Source of the DNA: Terriglobia bacterium | Lineage (GTDB): Bacteria > Acidobacteriota > Terriglobia > 20CM-2-55-15 | Direction: 5' to 3' | Length of the DNA: 64,000 nt | Assembly: GCA_965198225.1 (NCBI GenBank) | Contig: CBDAOY010000009.1 | Coordinates: 768,001-832,000 of the forward strand | Shown: piece after piece, positions 9,551-19,637 of the stretch | How positions within the stretch are numbered: position 1 is the first letter of the stretch | Layout: each line of letters opens with the position of its first letter | The notes under the pieces: model-generated | Told to the model about the DNA's origin: nothing | Seen by the model: the letters and a program-made list of their open reading frames with translations, nothing else | The model's database searches: none | Made by a program: the position numbers and the translations under genes

Positions 9551-10437
9551 TCGCCTTTCTTCTTTCTCAGACGGGGAGACGGTCCCAGATCGGGAACCGG
9601 AAGAGAATCGATCGGGTTCACCACGCGCTGCATGTGCGCCTGAGACAAATGGAGATAGAGGGTCGTCGCTTCCAGATCGACATGACCCAACAGGAGCTGG
9701 ATGGTTCGCAGGTCGGTTCCCCTCTCCAGCAGGTGGGTGGCCCAGCTGTGGCGCAGCGTATGTGGGGATACTTTCTTTTTGATGCCGGCACGTTGGGCGG
9801 CTTGTTGGACGGCGTACCAAACCGTCTTCACATCGATGGGCTGTCCGGGCCGGGTCCGGAGCAAACTGGGGAAGAGGTACTCGCCGGGTTTCCGCCAACG
9901 CCAGTAGTCGCGCAGGACTTCCAGCAGTTTCGGTGACAGCGGCACGTCGCGGTCGCGATTGCCTTTACCCTGCCTCACATGGATCACCATGCGTTCGCTA
10001 TCGACGTCCTCGACCTTCAGACGACACAGCTCGGCCCGCCGCAGTCCCGTCGAATACAAGGTCATCAGGATGACGAAGTGATAGGCACTGTTGGCGGAGG
10101 CCAGCAGTTGCGCCACTTCCTCTTCGCTCAGAATCGTGGGCAACCGGGACGGCTGTTTCGGATAGACCAGATCGACCTGGTGATAGGGACGGCGAAGCAC
10201 CTTCACGTAGAAGAACCGGAGTGCGGCGATCCGTCCGATGATGGTGTCGACAGCGAGCTTGCGCTCCTGAAGCAGATGCAGCTGGTACTGCCGCATCTGT
10301 TCCTGTTCGAGCTTGTCGGGGGACTTCCCGAAGTAGCGGGCGAAGTCTTCGACCGCGTGAAGATACAGCCGAATCGTAGCGGGTGAGTAGTTCCGGCGCT
10401 GGAGTTCCTCCAGCATCCGTTGTCGCAGCTTCGTCAT
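9547..10437 (-). CDS. Tyrosine recombinase/integrase
   Basis: SAM-like N-terminus; GLRRAE, HTLRHSWATH, LLGH and TTLY catalytic motifs; GGAGG RBS. Confidence 0.95.
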   Translation of the reverse strand: MTKLRQRMLEELQRRNYSPATIRLYLHAVEDFARYFGKSPDKLEQEQMRQYQLHLLQERKLAVDTIIGRIAALRFFYVKVLRRPYHQVDLVYPKQPSRLPTILSEEEVAQLLASANSAYHFVILMTLYSTGLRRAELCRLKVEDVDSERMVIHVRQGKGNRDRDVPLSPKLLEVLRDYWRWRKPGEYLFPSLLRTRPGQPIDVKTVWYAVQQAAQRAGIKKKVSPHTLRHSWATHLLERGTDLRTIQLLLGHVDLEATTLYLHLSQAHMQRVVNPIDSLPVPDLGPSPRLRKKKGE

Positions 10438-10620
10438 GTGAGCCTCCTTGTGAGGCTCACACTCTATCGGGGGCTCATCACTCTTCGCTCAGCACACGCG
10501 TAGCGTCCGCCGCGCCAGCGGCTTCGTTCAAGTCGCCGATACGGAAAAGTGAATCGACCACGGCAAGATCGAGACGCTAGCGATACGCTTCTCGCCGATG
10601 TCTGATCGCAACAAGTGGGT

Positions 10621-10770
10621 CATCCACATTCCCTATCGTCGATACTTCCATGTAGATCTCGTCGAAAAGCCCCGTCTTACCTCGGTTTTTCCACTCTTCC
10701 GACCAGGCGGTGATACATCCATGTGACTGTTTGATTGCTACCAACCCCTTCCTGCCGTAGTATTTACGCA
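10621..10770 (+). promoter_or_regulatory. Spacer module: inverted palindrome pair plus promoter of kinase 2
   Basis: catccacattccctatcgtcgatacttccatgtagat (10621-10657); inverted copy at 10689-10727; TTGCTA-17 bp-TAGTAT. Confidence 0.6.
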
Positions 10771-10844
10771 AGTTTCAGCAAATTCGCGAAGTAATGCTCT
10801 GTAGTGGGGGTCTATGACCGCCGGCCTTTAGTTGGAGGCAACCC

Positions 10845-13469
10845 GTGTCGCTCGCAGCAGGCACACGCCTGGGTCCATACGAAATCGCCGACCAACTCGG
10901 TGCGGGCGGTATGGGAGAGGTGTATCGCGCCACCGACACCCGCCTCGACCGAACTGTAGCCATCAAAGTCCTGCCTGAACACCTCGCCTCCGACCCGCAA
11001 CGTCGGGAGCGCTTCGAGCGTGAAGCCAAAGCCGTCAGCAGCCTGAACCACCCGCACATCTGCACGCTCCACGACATCGGCGAACAGGACGGCATCCACT
11101 ACCTCGTCATGGAGTTGGTGGAGGGCGAGACGCTCCAGCAACGCTTGGAGAAAGGACGCCTGCCGCTCGATCAGGCACTGGAATACGCCATCCAGATCGC
11201 CGACGCCCTGGACAAAGCCCACCGGCAGGGCGTGGTCCACCGGGATCTGAAACCCGGAAACATCATGATCACGAAGTCGGCCGGTGTGAAGCTGCTCGAC
11301 TTCGGGCTGGCAAAGTTGAAGGGCGATGCTGCTGAAGTCTCACCACTGTCCCAGATGCCCACCCAGGACCCATCAGCACCCCTCACAGCCGAAGGGACCA
11401 TCATCGGCACGCTCCAGTACATGGCTCCCGAGCAATTGGAGGGTAAGGAAGCCGATGCCCGGACGGACATCTTCGCGTTCGGTGCTGTCGTGTACGAGAT
11501 GATCACGGGCAAGAAAGCGTTTGAGGGAGCGAGTCAGGCGAGTTTGGTCGGCGCGATTATGAATCAACAGCCAGCGCCGGTCACCGAGGTTCAGCCCGTT
11601 TCGCCACCTATGCTCGATCACGTCATCACGGCATGTCTCGCCAAGAATCCTGAAGATCGCTGGCAAACCGGTACGGACCTCGGGCGTGAACTCAAGTGGA
11701 TCGACGAAGTCGGAGCCCAGAACGGAACCGTTGCCGTCGAAACCGGGCACGGCGGTCGGGAGCGGGTCGCGTGGGTCGCGGCTACTGCCGTCCTGTTGAT
11801 CGCTTTGCTCATTCTGGTCACCACGAGAGTTGAGCCCCCAGCTGGAGCACCCGAAGCGGTTCGCTTTGCACTTTCCTTGCCGCCCGAGACCGTTCCCACC
11901 TCGACCCGGATCTCTCCCGACGGCAGCCGTCTGGCATACATCGCGCCGCGGTCTGACGGTACGAAAGTCGTATGGGTCCGTGCTCTGGGTTCTGTGGAGG
12001 CTCAACCGCTCGCGGGCACGGAGGGTGCCGGCAGTCTTTTCTGGTCGTCGGACAGCGCCCGACTGGGTGTAAATGTTTTGGGGCAGTTGCAGTCAATCGA
12101 CCTTGCCGTGGGGTCTCCCCAGACGGTGCACGACGGCATCTTCTCCCATGGAATTTGGAACGGTGACGGCGTCATCGTCTTCCGTGATCAGACTCAAAGG
12201 CAAATGTACCGCGCTCGGTCTGGAGGCGGCGAAGTCACGCTGTTGGACGTGGGCAACGGACTGGGAATCCCCATGGACTTTCTGCCAGACGAGGATCACT
12301 TCCTCTATAGGGCGGGTCCTTCTGTCTACATTGGTTCGCTCGAATCCGGGGAATCAAGCTTCCTATTCGACAGCCCATCCCCCGTCCTGTACTCCGACGG
12401 CTACCTCCTGTTTGTCCGGGGTGGAGCGTTGATGGCGCAACGTTTCGATCCAATCCAACTGAAGGTGGATGGGGAACCACAAGTCATCGACCAGCAGGTG
12501 GTTTCCCCGGACGTCACCCGACGCTACGACACGGCGTTCTCCGTTTCGCAGGACGGGACGTTGGCTTTTCGGCCCGGGACGGGTGTGGATGGACAATTGG
12601 TCTGGTCCGATCGCACGGGAGGCGAACTGGGTCGGATACAACAGCCACAATCGGGCGAGTATGTGAATCCATCGATCTCGCCGGACGGTCGACAGATTGC
12701 CGTGAACCGCAAGGACCCGTCGTCCGGGAACGTGGATATCTGGTTGATCGACGCGGAACGGGGCAGTCCTGAACGCTTTACGACGGACCCATCCTTCGAT
12801 GGGGATGCAGTCTGGTCCCCAGACGGCCGTCGGATTGCATTTAGCTCGAACCGAAGCGCACGGTGGGGCATCTGGGTGAAGGACGTCGCCGGGGGGGATG
12901 CGGAGTTACTAACGGATGTAGGGGTCCGCCGAATCACGCACTGGTCGAAGGACGGGCAGTTCATTCTTTACGATCACACCAGTTCCGATCGCGATGGTGA
13001 CGTGTGGGTACTGCCGGTTTCCGGAGAAGAGGAGCCGTGGCCCCTGTTGGATTCCGAGTTCATCGAGTATGGAGCGCGTTTCTCGCCGGACGGGAGTTGG
13101 GTTGCCTACAACTCCACCGAAACGGGCAAGTATGAAGTCCATGTCGCGAGCTTCCCGGGTGGCCGGGACAGACAACGTATCTCGCCTGGCGGAGGGGTTC
13201 ACCCGAGGTGGCAGGGCGATGGCAGCCGGCTGTTCTACGACAGCAGGAGTTTCGTGATGAGTGTCGCCATGGAAGTCGATTCTTCCGGACTTCAGATCGG
13301 TGTCTCTGAAGTGGCCATCGAGCCAAGGATCATGTTCTTAAGTGACAGTCGGAACCATTACGCAGTCACTCCTGACGGCGAGCGCCTCCTGTTGCGACGA
13401 CCAAGCCTCGATCCCCCACCGACCACCATCATCACCAACTGGACCTCCCTCCTCGAAGAAAACCAATGA
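10845..13469 (+). CDS. Receptor-type Ser/Thr kinase with TM and PD40 beta-propeller (kinase 2)
   Basis: GAGGMG, HRDLKPGN, DFG, YMAPE; TM segment; SPDG repeats; GGAGG RBS. Confidence 0.95.
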   Translation: MSLAAGTRLGPYEIADQLGAGGMGEVYRATDTRLDRTVAIKVLPEHLASDPQRRERFEREAKAVSSLNHPHICTLHDIGEQDGIHYLVMELVEGETLQQRLEKGRLPLDQALEYAIQIADALDKAHRQGVVHRDLKPGNIMITKSAGVKLLDFGLAKLKGDAAEVSPLSQMPTQDPSAPLTAEGTIIGTLQYMAPEQLEGKEADARTDIFAFGAVVYEMITGKKAFEGASQASLVGAIMNQQPAPVTEVQPVSPPMLDHVITACLAKNPEDRWQTGTDLGRELKWIDEVGAQNGTVAVETGHGGRERVAWVAATAVLLIALLILVTTRVEPPAGAPEAVRFALSLPPETVPTSTRISPDGSRLAYIAPRSDGTKVVWVRALGSVEAQPLAGTEGAGSLFWSSDSARLGVNVLGQLQSIDLAVGSPQTVHDGIFSHGIWNGDGVIVFRDQTQRQMYRARSGGGEVTLLDVGNGLGIPMDFLPDEDHFLYRAGPSVYIGSLESGESSFLFDSPSPVLYSDGYLLFVRGGALMAQRFDPIQLKVDGEPQVIDQQVVSPDVTRRYDTAFSVSQDGTLAFRPGTGVDGQLVWSDRTGGELGRIQQPQSGEYVNPSISPDGRQIAVNRKDPSSGNVDIWLIDAERGSPERFTTDPSFDGDAVWSPDGRRIAFSSNRSARWGIWVKDVAGGDAELLTDVGVRRITHWSKDGQFILYDHTSSDRDGDVWVLPVSGEEEPWPLLDSEFIEYGARFSPDGSWVAYNSTETGKYEVHVASFPGGRDRQRISPGGGVHPRWQGDGSRLFYDSRSFVMSVAMEVDSSGLQIGVSEVAIEPRIMFLSDSRNHYAVTPDGERLLLRRPSLDPPPTTIITNWTSLLEENQ

Positions 13470-16135
13470 CCCCCGGCAGCCAACTCGGCAGCTACGAGAT
13501 CCTGTCCCCGCTCGGAAAGGGCGGTATGGGCGAGGTGTGGCGTGCTCGGGACTCGAAGCTCGGACGCGAAGTCGCCATCAAGACGTTGCCTGAAGAGTTC
13601 GCTCAAGACGAAGAACGTCTGGCTCGGTTTGAGCGTGAAGCAAAGCTGCTGGCGTCGTTGAACCATCCGAACATCGCAGCCATCTACGGTCTGGAAGAAC
13701 ACAACGGCACGCGGTTCCTCGTCCTCGAACTGGTTGAAGGTGACACGCTAGCGGATCGGCTGAAGCACGGTGCCATTCCGGTTGAAGAATCCCTCAAGCT
13801 CGCCCTCCAGATTGCTGAAGCCCTTGAGGCCGCGCACGAGAAGGGCGTCATTCACCGCGATCTCAAGCCGTTGAACATCAAGGTCACTCCCGAGGGCAAG
13901 GTGAAGGTGCTGGACTTCGGGCTGGCCAAGGCGTTCATGGGCGACGGGGAGGATGTGAATCTGTCGCAGTCACCGACGCTGAGTATGCAGGCAACCGCGC
14001 AGGGAGTGATTCTTGGCACCGCCGCGTACATGTCGCCTGAGCAGGCGCGTGGCGTAACGGTAGACAAGAGGGCCGACATCTGGGCGTTCGGGTGTGTCCT
14101 GTACGAGATGCTCACGGGCCGCCAGGTGTTCAAGGGTGAGTTGATGTCGGATGTAATGGCGTCGGTATTGAAGTCCGACCCCGACTACAAGGGTTTACCG
14201 CCTGCAATTCATCCGCAACTACGAGCGGTCTTGCGACGATGTCTGGAGAAGGAACCGAAGCAGCGGTGGCATGACGTTGGCGATGTGCGGATCGAGCTGG
14301 AGCAGGTATCAGCAGACCCGAGCGGGACGCTGGTCGTCCAGCCCGTTGCCGAGACGCTTGCAACGCAATCGAAACTGCCGTGGGTCGCTGCGATGGTTGT
14401 AGTGGCTTTCATCGCCGGCATAGCCGCCTGGACCCTGAAACCAGTCCCGCCACCCGACCCCCGGCCGGTGAGTCGCCACAGGCACGACCTCCCCGAGGGG
14501 ATCGATACCGGTGTGAACACCATCGCCGTGTCACCGGACGGCCAATACTATGTCTACAAGGGCACGGATGCACTCTACCTGCGATCCAGGAACGAACTGG
14601 AAGCCCTCGTGATCGCAGGAACCGAAGGTAATGTGTACAACCCGTTTTTCTCCCACGACAGCCAGTCGGTGGGTTTCTGGAACCGGGAGGGCCGGATCGA
14701 AAAGATCGCCATCAGCGGCGGCACGCCGATTCCGATCGGCCCTGCCCCCCAGAATCCACAAGGAATCAGCTGGGGGGCGGACGACATCGTTCTCTTTTCC
14801 CAACGCGACGGGATCTATAGCGTCTCGGCCAACGGCGGCACGCCAGATCGGATCATTGAGGCCCGGGACGGTGAACGGTTGAGCAGCCCCACGGTCCTGC
14901 CCAGCTGGCGGGAAATCCTGTTCACCTCACACCCCCCCGGTGTTCGGTGGGACAACGCCGAAATCGTCGTCGCGTCGTTGGACGCAACCGAGGATCGAAC
15001 GGTGGTGTGGAACGGAAGCGCGGCCAGCTACGCACCGACCGGACATTTGATCTACGCCCTGGGCAATGACCTGTTTGCGATCGCATTTGATCCAGACACG
15101 CTGGAAACTTCCGGGACAGCGGTGTCATTAGAACAGGGACTGGCGAGGGCGACATTCGGTGGTGATAGTGCGAACTACGGTATATCTGAGGACGGTTCGC
15201 TGGTGTACCGGGCGGACCCTGGGCCAATTCAACAGCGAGTCCTGGTATGGGTGGACGCCGAAGGCAACGAGACGCCGGTGGGCGCGCCGATTGATGATTA
15301 CCGTCATACCTCGGTTTCCCCGGACGGGAGTCGCGTGGCTCTGACGATCAACGATGGCACACAGAGTGACATCTATGTCTGGAACTTCGCCCGCCAGACC
15401 CCGACCCGGTTGACGTTCGATGAAGCAGACGACGGCCGTCCGATTTGGACGCCGGATAGTGATCAGATCATCTTCCGATCTCTGCGGGACGGTTCAGGCA
15501 ACATTTACCGCAGACGCGCCGACGGAACCGGAACCGTGGAACAACTCACCGAAGGCACCCTCAACAAGGTTCCTCGATCCTTGTCGTCGGACGGGGCGAC
15601 TCTGGCGTTCCACCAAACCGGCGGGCCCGCGGCGAATGACATTCTGATGCTGGACCTCGGTTCAGGCACGTCCGGTGAAGCAAACCGAGAACCTGTGATG
15701 TGGTTGCAGACGGAGTTCGGCGAGGCGGATCCGATGATTTCTCCCGATGGACAATGGGTCGCCTACAATTCCATTGAGTCGGGACGCAACGAGATCCATG
15801 TACGGCCGTTTGCCGATGCGGGTCAATGGCAGGTTTCGAGGGCCGGGGGCGGCAACCCCCTGTGGTCGCCCGACGGCCAGTGGCTGTACTACCGTTCTCC
15901 CCCTACCGGAGGCATCAACCAGATGATGCGGGTCGCCATTGACGCGGATACGGCGTTTGAGTTCGGCAACCCGGAACCCCTGTTTGACTATCCCATCTCT
16001 GGTGCGGGGATCTCACCCGATGGCCGCTTCCTGCTGATGAGGGATGTCGAAGTCGAAACCGAACCCTTCCGCCCCCACATCATCACCGTCCTGAACTGGT
16101 TCGAAGAACTGAAGGAACGGGTGCCGGTGCCTTAA
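13466..16135 (+). CDS. Receptor-type Ser/Thr kinase with TM and PD40 beta-propeller (kinase 3)
   Basis: Full set of kinase motifs; ATGA-coupled to kinase 2; ends VLNWFEELKERVPVP. Confidence 0.95.
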   Translation: MTPGSQLGSYEILSPLGKGGMGEVWRARDSKLGREVAIKTLPEEFAQDEERLARFEREAKLLASLNHPNIAAIYGLEEHNGTRFLVLELVEGDTLADRLKHGAIPVEESLKLALQIAEALEAAHEKGVIHRDLKPLNIKVTPEGKVKVLDFGLAKAFMGDGEDVNLSQSPTLSMQATAQGVILGTAAYMSPEQARGVTVDKRADIWAFGCVLYEMLTGRQVFKGELMSDVMASVLKSDPDYKGLPPAIHPQLRAVLRRCLEKEPKQRWHDVGDVRIELEQVSADPSGTLVVQPVAETLATQSKLPWVAAMVVVAFIAGIAAWTLKPVPPPDPRPVSRHRHDLPEGIDTGVNTIAVSPDGQYYVYKGTDALYLRSRNELEALVIAGTEGNVYNPFFSHDSQSVGFWNREGRIEKIAISGGTPIPIGPAPQNPQGISWGADDIVLFSQRDGIYSVSANGGTPDRIIEARDGERLSSPTVLPSWREILFTSHPPGVRWDNAEIVVASLDATEDRTVVWNGSAASYAPTGHLIYALGNDLFAIAFDPDTLETSGTAVSLEQGLARATFGGDSANYGISEDGSLVYRADPGPIQQRVLVWVDAEGNETPVGAPIDDYRHTSVSPDGSRVALTINDGTQSDIYVWNFARQTPTRLTFDEADDGRPIWTPDSDQIIFRSLRDGSGNIYRRRADGTGTVEQLTEGTLNKVPRSLSSDGATLAFHQTGGPAANDILMLDLGSGTSGEANREPVMWLQTEFGEADPMISPDGQWVAYNSIESGRNEIHVRPFADAGQWQVSRAGGGNPLWSPDGQWLYYRSPPTGGINQMMRVAIDADTAFEFGNPEPLFDYPISGAGISPDGRFLLMRDVEVETEPFRPHIITVLNWFEELKERVPVP

Positions 16136-16150
16136 GCGGCCCGGATCTGC

Positions 16151-16187
16151 ACTCCAACTCCCGATAAGCCTTCTCGGAGATGTGGAT
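16151..16187 (+). repeat. Palindromic spacer site (unoccupied)
   Basis: actccaactcccgata-agcctt-ctcggagatgtggat, 15 bp after the kinase 3 stop. Confidence 0.55.
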
Positions 16188-16335
16188 TCTGACTGATACG
16201 CGCAGAGAAAATGAAAGTCTTGTAGCCCAACGGCCGCGAACACCACTTGCGCAACAGCGGCCGCACATATCGTATTGACCGCCTCTGTGGACGTGATAGC
16301 AAGCCCGGCCAAGCTTCGTAGCAACAAATTGCCAT

Positions 16336-16611
16336 CTAGAGTCCTGAGTCAGAAATACGTTCACTATCTCCGATGGATGTTGCCAGCTGCCCGGGGGGCG
16401 TTGAATCGATCGACAACGGGGGCATGCACGCGACCGGCTCGGCCCTCACGACCCGCAACTTCCATCGGCCCTGCGGGTTCGGGCGGAACGGCGCCGTCTT
16501 TGGAGTCGCTCCTCCTCGCAATGAATGAGCATTGGCTCGTCGTCGCTCCGCCAAATCCAGCGTCGTTGCGCTCCGAAATATAGCAACCGTATTTCTGACT
16601 CAGGACACTAG
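16336..16611. mobile_element. MITE-like element A
   Basis: Terminal inverted repeats GTCCTGAGTCAGAAATACG / CGTATTTCTGACTCAGGAC flanked by CTAG; no credible ORF; interior similar to 39709-39980. Confidence 0.8.
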
Positions 16612-16710
16612 TAACCCCTTCACTGTTTGACACTTGCTCCATTGGTGGTGTGCTTACGAAGCCTGGACAGGCCGGGTTTGGAGTGCGATACGGAACCAGC
16701 TAATACTAAG

Positions 16711-17001
16711 TTAGGCGACTTGCGACCGGCGGGAGGACTTCATTACGACACGGACTTCAACGCCAAAACTGGCAAGCATGTCGATGAGCATATCGGTACT
16801 GAACAGATCCAGGCGCCCCTGGAGTAGGTTGCTGACGCGCGGCTGGCTGACTCCGAGGACCTCAGCGACCTCCCCTTGTTTCAGGCGGCGTGAGGCAATT
16901 CGTTTTTGAAGCTCAACCATGAGTTCTGCCCGAACCAGAAGGTGTTCTGACTTTTCATTGCTCGCTCTTCTGGTCGATTTCGCGCTATTTTTTCGAGGCA
17001 T
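16711..17001 (-). CDS. XRE-family HTH antitoxin (HigA-like)
   Basis: KQGEVAEVLGVSQPRVSNLLQG HTH; lies downstream of and overlaps a RelE-like toxin. Confidence 0.85.
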   Translation of the reverse strand: MPRKNSAKSTRRASNEKSEHLLVRAELMVELQKRIASRRLKQGEVAEVLGVSQPRVSNLLQGRLDLFSTDMLIDMLASFGVEVRVVMKSSRRSQVA

Positions 17002-17335
17002 TCTTACTCCGTCGTCTGTCAAGCAAGGCGCGGTAGCGCTCGCGGGCTAGATCCAATTGTCGCTTCGGCGTCTTCTGGGATTTCTTTTCGAATGCATGCA
17101 GTACATAAATTGCCTCGGCAAAACTCGCCGTGTAGAGCACTCGATGCTCCCGACCAGTACGAATTCGAATCTCCCTTACGCCAGAACCCACGGTGGACAT
17201 CGGCTTCCAGTCATTCGGAACAAGACCTTGCTGGACCCGGTAGAGCTGCAAACCGAGGACTTGGCGGGCAGCACTGGGAAAGGCCCGCACATCGCGTCGC
17301 GAAGAGCCGAGCCACTCAATTGGTTTGTCCGACAC
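16985..17335 (-). CDS. RelE/HigB-like (Gp49-like) toxin
   Basis: KPIEWLGSS, DWKPM..VGSGVREIRI and YVLHAFEKKSQKTP signature. Confidence 0.9.
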   Translation of the reverse strand: MSDKPIEWLGSSRRDVRAFPSAARQVLGLQLYRVQQGLVPNDWKPMSTVGSGVREIRIRTGREHRVLYTASFAEAIYVLHAFEKKSQKTPKRQLDLARERYRALLDRRRSKNASKK

Positions 17336-17340
17336 GACGT

Positions 17341-17369
17341 ATTATACAAGTATTAGTATATTCAGGCAA
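17341..17369 (-). promoter_or_regulatory. Sigma70 promoter/operator of the toxin-antitoxin pair (probably leaderless)
   Basis: Minus strand TTGCCT-17 bp-TATAAT, 5 nt before the GTG; TATAC...GTATA inverted repeat inside. Confidence 0.75.
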
Positions 17370-17370
17370 G

Positions 17371-17955
17371 TCGTCTGCGCATTGGGACCACGTCGAGGGA
17401 CACGCGGCTATGAAGCGAATGACCGGTGCGCAGGTTGTTGCGCTCGGCGGCGACGCTGTGGCGCTCCAATCAGGCAAGGACAACTCGGCCCTCGGGGCCC
17501 GAGGCTGGGAGCCTGTCACGGTGGATCGCGTGGTCGAGGACGGTGACACGGTTGCGCTGGGTGGAGTGACGTTGCGCGCCCTCTGGACGGGGGGCCACAC
17601 GCAAGGAGCAACGATGTGGATGACAACCGTCCAGGAGGGTGGGGACACCTACTCGGTCGCCTTCCGCGGCGGCGAAATTCCGAACCCGGGGGTTCAGCTC
17701 TTCAACAATCCCCGGCACCCGACGGTTGTCGCCGACACGCAGAGGACGCTTCAAAGGCTGAAGGAGCTCAAACCTCCCGACCTCTTCCTCCACAATCACC
17801 CGCAGAATCCGCCCCGCGAGTTGGACCCGGCTCTTCCTGTCGACCCGAGGTGTGTAACCTGCTTTGACGCGGAAGGGTGGAGGAGTCTCGTGGCGCGTGT
17901 CGAAGCCAGATTCGAAGCGATGCTCCGGGAAGCGGGGGGCCGACCGGACCGTTAG
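17371..17955 (+). pseudogene. 5'-truncated subclass B3-like metallo-beta-lactamase fold protein
   Basis: AHWDHVEG (HxHxDH lacking its first His), DGDTVALGGVTLRA..TGGHTQG; the N-terminus is replaced by the TA promoter. Confidence 0.7.
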
Positions 17956-18011
17956 GGTGAGAGTTGCCACCGGGGCGCCGGCCAGTCGACACCGAAACCG
18001 CCGCGACCGCT

Positions 18012-18071
18012 CCGATCCTCGTCCAGAACTTCTTCGAAGAGTTGAAGCGTCTGGTTCCGACGGACAATTAG
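18012..18071 (+). pseudogene. Kinase 3'-tail remnant
   Basis: Translates PILVQNFFEELKRLVPTDN*, matching the kinase C-terminal motif. Confidence 0.8.
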
Positions 18072-18159
18072 CAGCAATATCCCGGGCACCGCGCGCGGCA
18101 GCTAACGAAGGACTGTCTCCGGCCGGCGATCCGTGTCCCGATCCACGTAATGTCAGTGA

Positions 18160-19149
18160 TCAGGGCGTGCCGCGCAGCCGGGGCGCGCCTTCGGGCAGCT
18201 TGCCTTTCGGAACGCTGATATAACCCCGAACCCAGTCGGGTTTGTTCGTGATCTCGTTCAGAACCAGTTCATAGGGAATTCGATCCGTACCGACGTAGAA
18301 GTTCACCGGCGTGTTTTGAGGAATATCCTTGCGTTCCACCCCGGTGTCATCGGCATAGATGCGAATGTCCGCATCGGGGGCATCGCCTCCATCGGTATCC
18401 CGCAGTTCCAGAACAATGCCGGCCACTGGTGTCCGGACATTCTTTTGCAAATCCACGGTCGCATAGTCACGCTCCCCGCGGCGGCGCAGCTCTTCGACTC
18501 CCGTCATGTTGGTCGCGACCATTTGCCCCTGCTCGTTCACCTCGACGCCTAAACTCGAGAGTTCCGCCATGGTGTCGATGAGGTCCTGACGGGTGCTCTG
18601 GACGTCCCCCTTCACGGTCGTGATTTCCTGATCGACATCTTCAAACCGTTGTCCCGATTCCCGTTCGAGGTCAACCACTTCCTCGAGACTGGCTTTGCGC
18701 TCGATTTCACGCGCGAGGGCCTCGACATTGCGGTCCTGCTCCTCCTTTAATCGATCCGCCAGGGCCCGGGCCCTCCCCAGCTCCGTCTGGGTGACTCCGA
18801 CTCGATCCATCGTCACCTGAATCTGGGATCCCAGCGTCGCCATCCGATCACCACTTTCCGTGAGCCTGCTTCCGACGACTTCGAGTGACTGGTCCAGAGC
18901 GTCCATTCGAGTTTCGAAATCCTCTCTCAGGAGCGCCTGCTCCTCACTCATCTGCTCACTCAGCTGATTGACGCCGTATGCAAGCCCCGCTCCAAGAATC
19001 AACGCGGCGACAGCGATCGCCGTCACCGTCCAAAAGGCTCTCTTCGAAACGAGCGGATTCGAACTTTCGTTTGCGGATGGCTGATGCTTGGGCGGCACGG
19101 AATCGTCCAGGTTCAGGGGGGCCTTCGATGAGTTGTCTTTGTCTGCCAT
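18160..19149 (-). CDS. Membrane-anchored coiled-coil hypothetical protein
   Basis: Single TM (FWTVTAIAVAALILGAGLAYGV), long heptad-rich region, beta-rich C-terminus; GAGGAG RBS. Confidence 0.75.
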   Translation of the reverse strand: MADKDNSSKAPLNLDDSVPPKHQPSANESSNPLVSKRAFWTVTAIAVAALILGAGLAYGVNQLSEQMSEEQALLREDFETRMDALDQSLEVVGSRLTESGDRMATLGSQIQVTMDRVGVTQTELGRARALADRLKEEQDRNVEALAREIERKASLEEVVDLERESGQRFEDVDQEITTVKGDVQSTRQDLIDTMAELSSLGVEVNEQGQMVATNMTGVEELRRRGERDYATVDLQKNVRTPVAGIVLELRDTDGGDAPDADIRIYADDTGVERKDIPQNTPVNFYVGTDRIPYELVLNEITNKPDWVRGYISVPKGKLPEGAPRLRGTP

Positions 19150-19517
19150 TCTCGTTCGCTCCTCAAACGGAGGCTGCAATCGGTTGTCGTTTCCCTGTCT
19201 TTCGTGCAGGGCTGGGACCGCGGTTCGAATACGCGCTTACTGGAAACCTGACGGCCCAGGGTCTGGAGCCCGGCAGGTGTCACGATCATCGATCCAATCC
19301 TGATGTACGACGACGATGTCACTCCCCGGCTTCAGAATCCAGCGGAAAACCGCCGGCCCGAGGGTCCGGTTGACAGTATTCGTACTGGAACTTCATTTTG
19401 GGAGGCGAGGGATCCTACTGTGTGTCAGGTGTCCGGTTACCTGGCCTTACAACCGAGTGGTTGCCTGATGTGCCATTCTGATTGACCTCAAATCCCGCCT
19501 GTCGTTTCATTCATCCA

Positions 19518-19637
19518 ATGCAACCCGGCACGCAGCTTGGCCATTACGAGATCCTGTCCGCGCTCGGCAAGGGCGGGATGGGGGAGGTGTGGCGAGCGCG
19601 GGACTCCAAACTCGGACGTGAAGTCGCTATCAAGGTA
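19518..19637 (+). pseudogene. Kinase 5'-head remnant with its upstream TGATTGACC motif
   Basis: [40 protein letters not shown], then homology stops abruptly. Confidence 0.9.

Larger units (their letters stand above)
8033..10535 (-). mobile_element. IS91-family element carrying a tyrosine recombinase, copy 1
   Basis: Same sequence as 22996-25498 and 47105-49607; bounded by GTCG at both ends (GTCG|TTAGCG ... GTTCAAGTCG). Confidence 0.93.

Noticed and set aside
9551-9898. N-terminal extension of the transposase (505-aa ORF call)
   Set aside because: Overlaps the integrase; the ATGA-coupled start at 9550 gives a typical ~389-aa protein
9547-10437. Integron integrase with attC cassettes
   Set aside because: At 296 aa it shows no evident IntI-specific insertion and is coupled to an IS91 transposase; the palindromes lack RYYYAAC/GTTRRRY ends
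17092-17370. N-terminus of the 287-aa ORF
   Set aside because: Antisense to the toxin gene; only the part after 17371 is MBL-like
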